Of a stretch of DNA of 64,000 nt, positions 10,137-19,514 are shown piece after piece (position 1 is the stretch's first letter; the number at the start of each line of letters is the position of its first letter). A program made the position numbers and the translations under genes. The DNA is from Nitrospirota bacterium (lineage in GTDB: Bacteria; Nitrospirota; UBA9217). Below the pieces are notes generated by a model. It was given only the letters and a program-made list of their open reading frames with translations, was not told the origin of the DNA and did no database searches. The stretch lies in contig CAWJQQ010000009.1 of NCBI GenBank assembly GCA_963845065.1, positions 928,001 through 992,000 of the forward strand. The letters run 5' to 3'.

Positions 10137-12128
10137 CTAACTATTTTCTGAGAGAAGTGGGACTATTTCAGAGTCCTCCATGCATTCATCTTTTAATTTA
10201 TTAATGTTGTCAATCACATGTTGAGATATTGATTCTATTTCCGCGTAAAACTGCTCTGCTCTAGTCTTGCTGCCTGAATTATGGGCCGCGACAGCTTCCT
10301 TTGCCAGTTTATGAATTTTTTCGTGCGGCCCTTCCACTAATTTGTAGTTTACCATTTGTCCACATAATCTCAGGCCTTCTTTATCGTACCATTTCCCGAA
10401 TCGACAGTTATGGTGGTCAGGTAGTTGGTTCTGGTCCATAGATAGCTCTTCCCGCAGGCAGGAGGCAATTTTCCTGACGAATCCCCGATGATCATTTTTT
10501 GCCAATTCCAGCATGATTGCCGCACCGCCTTGCGTCCTTACGCCTGCTGTTGTAACCCTCATTTCATCAGAAACGGCGGCGAGCTTTGTTACTTCAGCGG
10601 CTACACTTTCCGCTAGCTTTTCGATCTCCTGCGCGATGGAAGAAGTTTCCTCTATGTTTTTAGCAACTTGATCTGTCATTGACGACTGTTCTTCAACAGC
10701 CACTGCGATTTTTGTTACCTCATCCTTTGCCTTTTGGATTTCCTTGACTATCGAATTAAGAGAATCACCAACGCTTCCTATGCTTTCCGCAGCCCCCGCC
10801 GACATGGTCGTAGCTTCTACCATAAATGCGGCCGTCTGATGGGATTCCGACTGCACGGTCTCAATTTTATTGGAGATTTCATCTGTCGCTTTAATGGTCC
10901 TCTCAGCGAGCTTCCTTACCTCATCGGCCACGACGGCAAAGCCTCTTCCTTGTTCTCCTGCACGTGCAGCTTCAATGGCAGCATTCAAGGCCAGCAGGTT
11001 TGTCTGATCAGCTATGTTCTTGATCATGATCACAATGCCGCCGATTTCTTCGACGCGGTTGTTGAGCTTCGCAACCATACTAGATAGCTCTACGGACGAT
11101 TTGTGCACCTCAAGAACGCTTGTAACGACGTGATCGGTTACTTCCTTACCTTTGCTTGCGATTGTAAGTGCATTAGTCGAAGTGTCGGCGGCAATTGCCG
11201 CATTTCTTGCAATATCACCAATACTCTGGCTCATCTCTTCTGATGCAGTTGCTATTTGTACGGACTGCTCTGTCTGTTGTTTAATGCCGCGTGAAGTTTT
11301 CTTCACTATGTCGTTAAGAATATCGACGAGGGGCAGCGTTTTGCTCGCTGTGAACATAACCATGTTGATCATAGTACTTAAATGTCGGATAAGTTTTAAA
11401 ACATTGTTGGACACATGGGATATTTCATTCCCTCCTTTATACGAGATGTCTATATCGGAATATTTATGGCTTATTTCACTGAGGTCACCGACGAATTTTA
11501 TAAGCGGCTTGAGCGTAAAGCTCAAAATAGCGAAAATGAGGACTATAATGGCACCGATACCCACAAAGCCGAAGAACAGAAACGTGTGCTGTAGAGTTCG
11601 TATCCTCTCTAGTGATTGCGTAATGGGAATTCTAATGCTCACTCCGCCCAGGACGTCTCCTTCTTTCACCTTGTGACAGGAGAGGCAGTTTTTCCCCATG
11701 AAATTGCTCCTGGCTGTATAGGGATAAACGCCACGAATATAATTTCCTTCTATCACCACTTGTTCGACTCCTCGTGTAACGACCAGCTTCTCGATCTCAT
11801 CTGTAGGGTAATTATATGAGTTGCCTCGTTCGGTCGGAAAGTCCCTATCAACATTGTCTGTTCGCATAACTTTAACGTCTGCTATTTTTTTCATCTGATC
11901 GAGGAAGGGCTCCTGCGACGCCCCGTAATTCCCGTTAATCATCATTGTAGTCAAAGCATTCAGTACGGTGTCCCGGTAGCCCTCTAGACCCGAGTGCTTT
12001 ATTTCTTCGATTACAATGGCCTTTGTTTTATACCCCATGATGGTAATGGTCACTGCCATCCCGATGGTGACTAAGAGAATTATCGGAAGGGCGGTTTGCC
12101 ATCTTAGTGATATGTTATTAAGCTTCAA
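10137..12128 (-). CDS. Methyl-accepting chemotaxis protein with periplasmic CxxCH and C-terminal CZB domain
   Basis: Two TMs flanking [46 protein letters not shown]...[11 protein letters not shown]...PHEKIH. Confidence 0.95.
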   Translation of the reverse strand: MKLNNISLRWQTALPIILLVTIGMAVTITIMGYKTKAIVIEEIKHSGLEGYRDTVLNALTTMMINGNYGASQEPFLDQMKKIADVKVMRTDNVDRDFPTERGNSYNYPTDEIEKLVVTRGVEQVVIEGNYIRGVYPYTARSNFMGKNCLSCHKVKEGDVLGGVSIRIPITQSLERIRTLQHTFLFFGFVGIGAIIVLIFAILSFTLKPLIKFVGDLSEISHKYSDIDISYKGGNEISHVSNNVLKLIRHLSTMINMVMFTASKTLPLVDILNDIVKKTSRGIKQQTEQSVQIATASEEMSQSIGDIARNAAIAADTSTNALTIASKGKEVTDHVVTSVLEVHKSSVELSSMVAKLNNRVEEIGGIVIMIKNIADQTNLLALNAAIEAARAGEQGRGFAVVADEVRKLAERTIKATDEISNKIETVQSESHQTAAFMVEATTMSAGAAESIGSVGDSLNSIVKEIQKAKDEVTKIAVAVEEQSSMTDQVAKNIEETSSIAQEIEKLAESVAAEVTKLAAVSDEMRVTTAGVRTQGGAAIMLELAKNDHRGFVRKIASCLREELSMDQNQLPDHHNCRFGKWYDKEGLRLCGQMVNYKLVEGPHEKIHKLAKEAVAAHNSGSKTRAEQFYAEIESISQHVIDNINKLKDECMEDSEIVPLLSENS

Positions 12129-12196
12129 GTGGGTTCTCCATTAGACTCTTCATTGTTTTTACGACAGTTACTCTGATTCTCCACAGAACAATTATC

Positions 12197-12224
12197 TTAT
12201 CGGAATTTTGAATTAAAAACTTTA
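12197..12224 (-). promoter_or_regulatory. Sigma28 (FliA)-type promoter for the MCP
   Basis: Minus strand TAAAGTTT-N12-TCCGATAA, ~70 nt upstream of MCP start. Confidence 0.75.
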
Positions 12225-12450
12225 CAAGCTTTGAATTATGCAAGGACATCAGATGCTTTCCGGATGATTATCGATCATCTCTTGTTTTTACATTTCACAA
12301 TTATATCTGCCAAATTATTGACATATGCCTCTTATAAGCAGAAAAAAAACGAATTGACACGGACAAGCACAAATGTGTGATCATGAATAATTCCTTATAT
12401 TTCAAATGATAGTGTATATATATTTAAATCGAATAATTGCTTGAAATTTT

Positions 12451-12465
12451 TGGCATAGGAATTGC
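12451..12465 (+). promoter_or_regulatory. Sigma54 -24/-12 promoter
   Basis: TGGCAT-AGGAA-TTGC, exact GG-N10-GC spacing, 38 nt upstream of receiver gene. Confidence 0.8.
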
Positions 12466-12503
12466 GAAAATACAATTAAATTAATGCGTTAGGGGAGGGA
12501 AAA

Positions 12504-12938
12504 TTGATTTGCGTAAATGAAAAAGCTTCCTTAGTAGAAATAGAAAAGCTAAATATACTTGTTGTTGATGATGATATCGCAATTCGTGAGTATATCGGCG
12601 ATGCCCTCGGAACGATATTCTTTCGAATTCTTCACGCACGTGATGGTGTAGAAGCGTTAAGATTGATTGACTCTTCTCCCGAATTAATCGATGTGATGCT
12701 GCTAGACGTCATCATGCCGAAATTGAACGGCAATGAACTTGCTCGCGTCATTAAATCCTGGTATCCGAATATAAAAATAATTTTCATGTCGGGCTACCCC
12801 GATAATTTTAATGTAAATCAGGGAATTCCTTCAGGGGACATCAGTTTTCTCAAGAAACCTTTTACTGTGAAATGCCTTCTGAGGGCAGTAAAAGAGAGTT
12901 TGCAAGATAGAATGGCAAGCAATGTGGAGCCAGTTTAG
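12504..12938 (+). CDS. Stand-alone response regulator receiver
   Basis: ILVVDDD, LLDVIMP, FMSGY, LKKPF; GGGGAGG RBS before TTG. Confidence 0.9.
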   Translation: MICVNEKASLVEIEKLNILVVDDDIAIREYIGDALGTIFFRILHARDGVEALRLIDSSPELIDVMLLDVIMPKLNGNELARVIKSWYPNIKIIFMSGYPDNFNVNQGIPSGDISFLKKPFTVKCLLRAVKESLQDRMASNVEPV

Positions 12939-13039
12939 GAGTTTGCTGCCGTCAAATATGGCAAGGATGCGTTGTGAAAAAATTTGAAGGATTGACCGCA
13001 TCAATGGCGAAGGAATGCAACTTGCTCTCATAAGACATT

Positions 13040-13345
13040 ATTTCTAAAGAGTGCTTCTTGGGTCTTGCCAGAAAGAACGTGAAGGAGGGATACAAGAGGA
13101 AATATGACAAGAGGTTTTAATTGTTAAATTGGACTTACAAGCTCTTGAAATTGTCAGCGTTAATGAAAACATTCTGAAACGGGCAGGAACAGTAGTCCTG
13201 CACTACTCCTGCAGGAGATGAATGCTGCTCACATTGCATCGGGACTTGTATTTCAAGAGACGACAGATTTTGAACTTGATTATGTTAACTCTGATACAAG
13301 ACAGAGTGGATCCGCAGGGCGGTCAGGTTTGAAGATATTTGGTTA
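13040..13345 (+). pseudogene. Degraded PIN-domain (VapC-like) toxin gene
   Basis: LEIVSVNENILKRA, then in a shifted frame MNAAHIASGLVFQE...YVNSDTRQSGSAGRSGL, resembling the VapC 'LDAIHIASA...FVTAD.RQ..AA...GL' pattern; boundaries approximate. Confidence 0.55.
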
Positions 13346-13403
13346 TTTAATTATGCGAGGGGATATGTACCCGCGCTGGTGCTCGTCCAATGCAGCATAG
13401 TCA

Positions 13404-13512
13404 CCAAATCGCTTGCCGAAAGGGTGCATAGTTGTCCTTTCTGTGAGACCGTTCTGGACCGTGACCACAACGCTGCAATAAATATTCTGAAAAATCTACG
13501 GTAGTAACTACC
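13404..13512 (+). mobile_element. Short tnpB 3' fragment related to the 1996-2944 pseudogene
   Basis: KSLAERVHSCPFCETVLDRDHNAAINIL; aligns at nucleotide level with 2842-2950. Confidence 0.85.
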
Positions 13513-13858
13513 GCCGCTTCACCACCACGCAAATTGGAATTATGGATGTAACACTGCGGCATGTGTTTGATAGAATGGAAGGTTCGAAAAACAAGCAGTG
13601 TCACAGCGATGAACGGTGCCTCTCCGTCATCTAATCGACAGACAAACTGCTCGCGATATCAGCCAGAGAGTCGTTAGATGCAGAAAATATTTTTAGGGCC
13701 GCAGCGCGGGTTATTGTAACGGATTTATTGCCACTGATTACGACCAGAGGGAAGGACGGAGTGAGGGGTCAGATTAACTTCCCGCCAACTTGGTGTGAGT
13801 ATCGATCTCGTATGAGATTTGATTTGACAGCACTGTCTTTTTCAGGAATAATCGTATA

Positions 13859-14267
13859 TTATCAAATTTCAAAATTGCCGTCCGAGATTCTTGCCTGATC
13901 TTTTCTGGACTCCCCAGGTCCGGGAAACGCTCTTGCGGGACGAACGAGTCCTGTTTGCCTATCTTGGCCTTGCGTCGGGCCGTGCGAATCCGCTTCCGAT
14001 GTGGACATCTCAGGTCATATTGTTTCTGAGAGGGGCATGAGGACGCCGACAGGGTCTGCAGATGCCTTCAGCGGGCTTGTAGGAAAATAGCGTTATTGAC
14101 AAGAACCTTTTCGCAAACCTGGAACGGATGGGGCAATATTCAGGAACGTGGTCGTCCATCAGTATGAAGGCGTAGACGCGGAGATCGAGATCTCAATTCT
14201 GGCAAAGCATCTGAACGACTTTGAACAGTATCGGGACACCTTCCTGGCATATGTCAACAATTCTTGA
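13859..14267 (+). pseudogene. Collapsed MNT-HEPN (MntA/HepT, DUF86-type) toxin-antitoxin relic
   Basis: RVLFAYL-GLASGRANP-SDVDI nucleotidyltransferase start joined to HIVSERGMRTP...FRNVVVHQY (HEPN RxxxxH)...HLNDFEQY; frameshifted. Confidence 0.72.
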
Positions 14268-14280
14268 GTATAAGCCTTCC

Positions 14281-14337
14281 CTCGGTGCAATAATTTGAAA
14301 ATTCTCATGATAGGTCCCTATATACTAGCCCCGCGCG
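14281..14337 (+). repeat. Imperfect ~57-bp direct repeat, copy 1 (copy 2 at 14911-14967), flanking the GtrA gene
   Basis: Shared CGGTGCA...TGAAAATTCTCATGATAG...AGCCCCGCGCG at offset 630. Confidence 0.8.
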
Positions 14338-14382
14338 ATTCGCGACCTGCTAAGTCGCTGAGGTAGCTTTACTAGGAAGACT

Positions 14383-14799
14383 ATGAGTATAATTCTTTCA
14401 GACAATCTCTCTGCGGGACGTTCCGATAGCATATTGTATCGGTTCGCTAAATATTTTTTTGTCGGCGGAGTCGCTGCGTTGACTGAGTGGCTGATTTTTG
14501 CCGGCATAGTTTATGGTCTGAGACTGCACTATATCCTTGCCGCTGTCATCGCTTTTGTTTTTGCAACGGCCGTAAATTATATGCTGGGTCTCGTATTCGT
14601 ATTTGGCCGCCGACTGCCCCGATACCATGATATTCTCATGGTGTATCTTGTAAGCAGCGCTGGCCTGCTGATTAATTTAGCAGCGCTCACACTGTTCGTT
14701 GAATGGTTTCACCTTCACATTATTCTTGCCAAGGTCCTTGCAACAGGAACTGCTTTTATTTGGAATTTTGTAATAAGACATTATTGGCTCTATAGATGA
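14383..14799 (+). CDS. GtrA-family membrane protein
   Basis: RFAKYFFVGGVAALTEW, four TM helices, LAKVLAT...WNFVIRHYW. Confidence 0.88.
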   Translation: MSIILSDNLSAGRSDSILYRFAKYFFVGGVAALTEWLIFAGIVYGLRLHYILAAVIAFVFATAVNYMLGLVFVFGRRLPRYHDILMVYLVSSAGLLINLAALTLFVEWFHLHIILAKVLATGTAFIWNFVIRHYWLYR

Positions 14800-14910
14800 T
14801 GATAGCGTGCGAATAGGATTCAATGGATCGTTTAGACGAAATGGTGTGCGTTAGTGGCGCTCCCGTATGATTTAATTTAAAAGGTAATCCATTTTCAGAA
14901 ATAGTAGGAC

Positions 14911-14967
14911 CGCGGTGCACGAACATGAAAATTCTCATGATAGTCCGCCATGTACCAGCCCCGCGCG
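14911..14967 (+). repeat. Imperfect ~57-bp direct repeat, copy 2
   Basis: See 14281-14337; reads MKILMIV. Confidence 0.8.
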
Positions 14968-15510
14968 CGGTCCAGGCCGGCGAGCGCGAGGTATATTATC
15001 CCCTGCTGTTTTACTCATACACTAAGTTTCATGTAACTAATACATTATATGTGATAACAAATGTAAATATTAACATGCGATGTTATCAACCCTTCGCCAC
15101 TGATATGCATTACGATCTTGGAATCACAAATTTTTTAGGAACGCAATAACTAGACCATCGCTGAATTTTAATCTGAGTGAATCTCAAACCCGATAGCGCG
15201 GACGTTCGCCGCAACCTTGAAATGCCTCACGCGCGATGGAAGGCAGCAGGAAAGGGAGGTGACCGCGTGTGAGCAATTATTTAGTATTGCCATATGTAGA
15301 TACAATGGACAGAGGCAGTGTACATATGCAAGGAAGAGTCATATAAACAGTCAAAAGTGATAAGATAAAGACTTTTATGGACTTTTTACGTTTATAATTA
15401 GCATGGGATATGGAGTAGGAAAAACATGAGCAGTGTGGAGAGCTCGCTAAATAAAAGTACTGAAAATGGTTCACTATGGCAAGATCAAGGACTGGTTATT
15501 TAAATATATT

Positions 15511-15906
15511 TCAGACTGAAATCATATGCTGCCCTGCGTTGTTAGGAAGAATATTGTTGTGCTGACTGATCATCGAAACAAATTTTCGATAGTCAATTGG
15601 CTTTTCAAAGAATGCATCGGCGCCAGCAGCAAGAAATGAACTTCCCATCGTTTCACAACTTAAACCAACAATATAGGAATCTGCGAAGCGGTAACGCATC
15701 AGTCTCGATAAATCAGCCCCATTCATTTCAGGCATGTCATAATCGGTCACAATAATATCAAATTTGCGTTTCAGAGAGAGGAGTATTGCATCAGTAGGCT
15801 TATTACAGTACGATACGATGAAACCTTCCTTTTCAAAAAAACGCCGAAGGATGGTACCGAAAAGTTCCTCATCGTCTACAATCAGAATTGATTTTCCCAT
15901 TTTCAT
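15511..15906 (-). CDS. Stand-alone response regulator receiver
   Basis: ILIVDDE, VTDYDMPEMNG, AGADAFFEKP. Confidence 0.9.
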   Translation of the reverse strand: MKMGKSILIVDDEELFGTILRRFFEKEGFIVSYCNKPTDAILLSLKRKFDIIVTDYDMPEMNGADLSRLMRYRFADSYIVGLSCETMGSSFLAAGADAFFEKPIDYRKFVSMISQHNNILPNNAGQHMISV

Positions 15907-15973
15907 ATATTATCAATACCTTACGTTAAAAAATTATGGTAAGTTAGATTTCATTTATCCTTGCCACATTTAT

Positions 15974-16001
15974 TTATCGGCATATAGAGTTAAAAACTTG
16001 A
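15974..16001 (-). promoter_or_regulatory. Sigma28-type promoter
   Basis: Minus strand TCAAGTTT-N12-GCCGATAA, same spacing as the MCP promoter. Confidence 0.75.
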
Positions 16002-16108
16002 ATGTTTTAATTATTTTATTTGTGGGGGAATAAATATATTCCCATTACGTAATCATATATTCCTTAAAAAGCCATAATAGCGTAAATAACTCCTTTGTAT
16101 ATTTAATA

Positions 16109-16123
16109 GCAATTTATATGCCA
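16109..16123 (-). promoter_or_regulatory. Sigma54 -24/-12 promoter
   Basis: Minus strand TGGCAT-ATAAA-TTGC. Confidence 0.78.
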
Positions 16124-17054
16124 ATTTATCAATTAAATTACCATTATTGAATAAATTGGTATTAACATACTGAAATTTAATATTATTATTTATTAATTTG
16201 CATTAATTATTTGACAAGTTAATTCGAGTTATTTAAAATTGTAATTGGCGTATGTCAATTAATTGTCGCGGAGTGTGAGTGAGAATAATTGGGTCCTTTA
16301 AATGCGACATGAGGTAACTGGTCTAGATACAAATTTGTCGTTCTAAGGTAAACGAACTAAACACCTTATTATTGCTCAGTCGGTTGTAAATTGGGTGCTT
16401 ATATGATTTATAGCGTTATATTATGTAAAATTAGGGTATATTGTGCATCTATCCAAAAAATACTCCCCGAGAGCTGTTGACTTTTTCTTTTAAATAATAT
16501 AAAATTATCTTGACAAAAAGTAGTTGAAAAATCTTTTTATTATTGTAATTGAGTTGGCCAGGTAATTCGGGTAAAAAAGTGTAATTTTGGCGAAAACAAT
16601 GTTTCTGGTGATCGCCAGACATTGCATCGTAATCAAAGATCTCGCCAGTTATTTCAAATTCTGTAACTCATTAGAAAATGTTGTTGAAAAAGCCTGAGTA
16701 ACCATTGGAGACAAAATATGCGTTTGATGCCAGTAAATAATACAGGATGCAATATATATCACTAAATTGCATAATAAACAAGCTAATGGGCGTTGTGAAA
16801 ACTACCTTGACATGAATGGGTGGACAGAGATAAGCTTTACCAAGCTTATTCTTTTAATAGCGCCTTAATATATCTTACGCCGCATATTCGTGATGGATAT
16901 ATAGATTACCATCATGTGGCATGGTAAAATTATATATAAAAAACTGATAAGCAATATTCCGGATGAAATTTATCGATTGAAATTATGATACTGTGCAAGG
17001 TTACTATTATGAAGATGCTTCACGATATTATAGCGCTGGCGGTAAATTAACCTA

Positions 17055-18059
17055 ATGAAAGAACTCTTATTTTGTACAGATAAAAGATTGCGTGTTTGTT
17101 CATGGGAAAAAGAGATTGCAGAATTTACTGGACGACCTGCGTCTTTAACGATGGGGAATAAATATTATGAGATTTTCCCTCGAATGGTTGTGAACGAGAA
17201 GGACGCGATTACCAAGGTCATCGAGACGAAGAAGGCCTTGACATTAAAAAAATATTCATTCCCTTGTGTTGCTGGCAGTTTTACGGCTGACATAAAAATA
17301 AAACCAAGGAAATCTGCCACCGATTCCATTGATATGGTAGAAGTCGCCATTTACCCTTTTTCGACATGTGAGATGGCTCAGAAACTGCAGCAATCGCAGA
17401 AACTGATCGATATCGGGAAAATAGCGTCCACGCTGGCTCATGGTGTGAGAAATCCCCTGAATGCCATTAAGGGCGCGGTCGTCTATCTCAGTGAAAAATA
17501 CAGTCATGAAGCGCCGCTTGTTGAATTTACCAAGATCATGGAGGATGAAATCTCTCGTCTTGAGAATTTTATCTCGAAATTTCTCAGCTCGTCCGTTTCG
17601 GATACAGAAGATAAGGAAACAGACATTAATTCCTTGCTGAAGAAAATAGAGGTTTTTATTTCGCTGCAGATTTATACACGGAACATCCAGTCTTTGTTTG
17701 AGTTCGGGAAAATACCACCCGTCATCATTAATTCGTTTCACCTGGAGCAAGCGATTCTCAATGTCATCAATAACGCTATAGATGCCATGGGTAACGGCGG
17801 CCAGTTGAGGATCGGCACATCTGCAGAAGAACGCGGCGGGAAGATTTACGTCGTGGTTTCCGTTGCCGATACAGGTCAGGGGATGGCGCATAAACGCATC
17901 GGCGAGCTTTCTTCAGATCAAGAGGGCAACGGAAGAGGTTTCGGCCTCTTCATCACTTACGAAATATTAAAGCATTACCATGGCCATCTGGAGATTGACA
18001 GCAAAATGAATTGTGGAACGACGATCAAGCTTTTCATTCCATCTCGATCCAAAGTGTGA
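17055..18059 (+). CDS. Cytoplasmic sensor histidine kinase (PAS-like, HisKA, HATPase_c), copy 2
   Basis: H-box LAHGVRNPLNAIKG, N-box, G-boxes; no TM segment. Confidence 0.93.
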   Translation: MKELLFCTDKRLRVCSWEKEIAEFTGRPASLTMGNKYYEIFPRMVVNEKDAITKVIETKKALTLKKYSFPCVAGSFTADIKIKPRKSATDSIDMVEVAIYPFSTCEMAQKLQQSQKLIDIGKIASTLAHGVRNPLNAIKGAVVYLSEKYSHEAPLVEFTKIMEDEISRLENFISKFLSSSVSDTEDKETDINSLLKKIEVFISLQIYTRNIQSLFEFGKIPPVIINSFHLEQAILNVINNAIDAMGNGGQLRIGTSAEERGGKIYVVVSVADTGQGMAHKRIGELSSDQEGNGRGFGLFITYEILKHYHGHLEIDSKMNCGTTIKLFIPSRSKV

Positions 18060-18927
18060 GGGATGCTATTATGACTGCGGCAAACGGCAAAAAAGTACTC
18101 ATTGTTGATGATGAAGCAAATGCGCGTAAGGTGCTGTCGGCGATATTACAGCAAGAGGGCTATCACGTTCATGAATCAATGAGCGTTGACCACGCCGTGG
18201 GGCTTATGCACAGCGAAGATGTAGATGCCGTTATCACCGACCTGAAAATGCCCAACAAGGACGGCTTCCAGCTGTTTAACTACATTTCCCAGCATCATCC
18301 GCATACTCCGGTTGTATTTTTGACCGCATATGGTTCCGTGGAGTCCGCAGTAAATGCCATGACCAGCGGCGCCTATTATTACTTCATCAAGCCGCCTGAT
18401 TATCCAAAGCTCAAGAATGTCCTTGCAACGGCGATAGAAACGAGCTCAGTTCACAAAAAATTTGAGGACCTGAAAAAGAAATCATCCCGGCAAAGCAATT
18501 CCCCCAGTTTTATCGGGCAAGCACCGTCGATGGTAAGCATTATGAAAACCATTGAAATGGTCAAAGACTCGGAAAGCAGCGTGCTCATCCAGGGGGAAAC
18601 CGGTACGGGGAAAGAGGTAATCGCGTCCAATCTGCATTACCTCAGTAAACGCTTCAACAAGCCCTTTGTCGCTATAAACTGCGCCGCGATACCCCGAGAG
18701 CTCATCGAATCGGAGCTTTTCGGCTATGAGAAAGGCGCGTTTACTGGTGCGACGACATCGAGGACGGGAAAATTCGAGGAAGCCATGGGTGGCACGATGT
18801 TTCTCGATGAGATCGGAGAACTCGATATCTCCGTACAAGCCAAGCTTCTCCGGGTCTTGCAGGAACGGGAGATCGTGCGGCTTGGAACGAATAATAGATT
18901 TAAGGTCAACTTTAGGCTTGTCTCATC
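17561..18927 (+). repeat. Direct repeat copy B of 1-1367
   Basis: Offset 17,560. Confidence 0.95.
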
Positions 18928-19435
18928 TACTAACAGGGATCTTAAAAGGGAAGTGGAGGAAGGCAGGTTCCGCGAGGATCTGTATTACCGACTTAATGTA
19001 GTCAAGATTGCAGTTCCGCCTCTCCGTGATAGAAAACAGGATATTCCTCTATTTGCAGCAGAATTTTTGAACAGTTTTTCGATACGGGAAAACAGGCCAT
19101 ATTCGTTTTCCGATGATGTTCTGGAGGCCCTCATTCAATATGAGTGGCCCGGAAATGTTAGACAATTAAAAAATGTAATCGAGAGTGCCATTGTCTTGGC
19201 CAAAGACAATCGGATCACCGCAAGTGAACTCCCTGAAGAGTTCCGCTCCCGATTGCAGAAGATAAAAAGCAGCGATAAAGATGTGGTAAAACCCCTAAAG
19301 GTTCTGGAACGCCAGGCTATCAGTGATGCACTCCAATTGAATGGCGGTAATATATCAAAAGCAGCGAGGCAACTTGGCATCTCACGAAAGACGTTCTACA
19401 AAAGACTGAAAGAGTCTGAAAATATTTGCTGCTAG
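18071..19435 (+). CDS. Sigma54-dependent response regulator (NtrC/AtoC family), copy 2
   Basis: Same motifs as copy 1; C-terminal ~170 aa diverged. Confidence 0.95.
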   Translation: MTAANGKKVLIVDDEANARKVLSAILQQEGYHVHESMSVDHAVGLMHSEDVDAVITDLKMPNKDGFQLFNYISQHHPHTPVVFLTAYGSVESAVNAMTSGAYYYFIKPPDYPKLKNVLATAIETSSVHKKFEDLKKKSSRQSNSPSFIGQAPSMVSIMKTIEMVKDSESSVLIQGETGTGKEVIASNLHYLSKRFNKPFVAINCAAIPRELIESELFGYEKGAFTGATTSRTGKFEEAMGGTMFLDEIGELDISVQAKLLRVLQEREIVRLGTNNRFKVNFRLVSSTNRDLKREVEEGRFREDLYYRLNVVKIAVPPLRDRKQDIPLFAAEFLNSFSIRENRPYSFSDDVLEALIQYEWPGNVRQLKNVIESAIVLAKDNRITASELPEEFRSRLQKIKSSDKDVVKPLKVLERQAISDALQLNGGNISKAARQLGISRKTFYKRLKESENICC

Positions 19436-19514
19436 CCGTAGGTACCGGCAGTGTCGTTTGCACATCAGCGTCGAATTTTGACAGCGGGATGTACAGCATA
19501 AAAAATGAAAACGA

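Noticed and set aside
14281..14967. Integron cassette (attC sites) around gtrA
   Set aside because: Repeats lack RYYYAAC/GTTRRRY ends and palindromic structure; no integrase seen
15150..15250. Possible TPR gene scrap (NLKPDSADVRRNLEM)
   Set aside because: Too short and degraded to support a call
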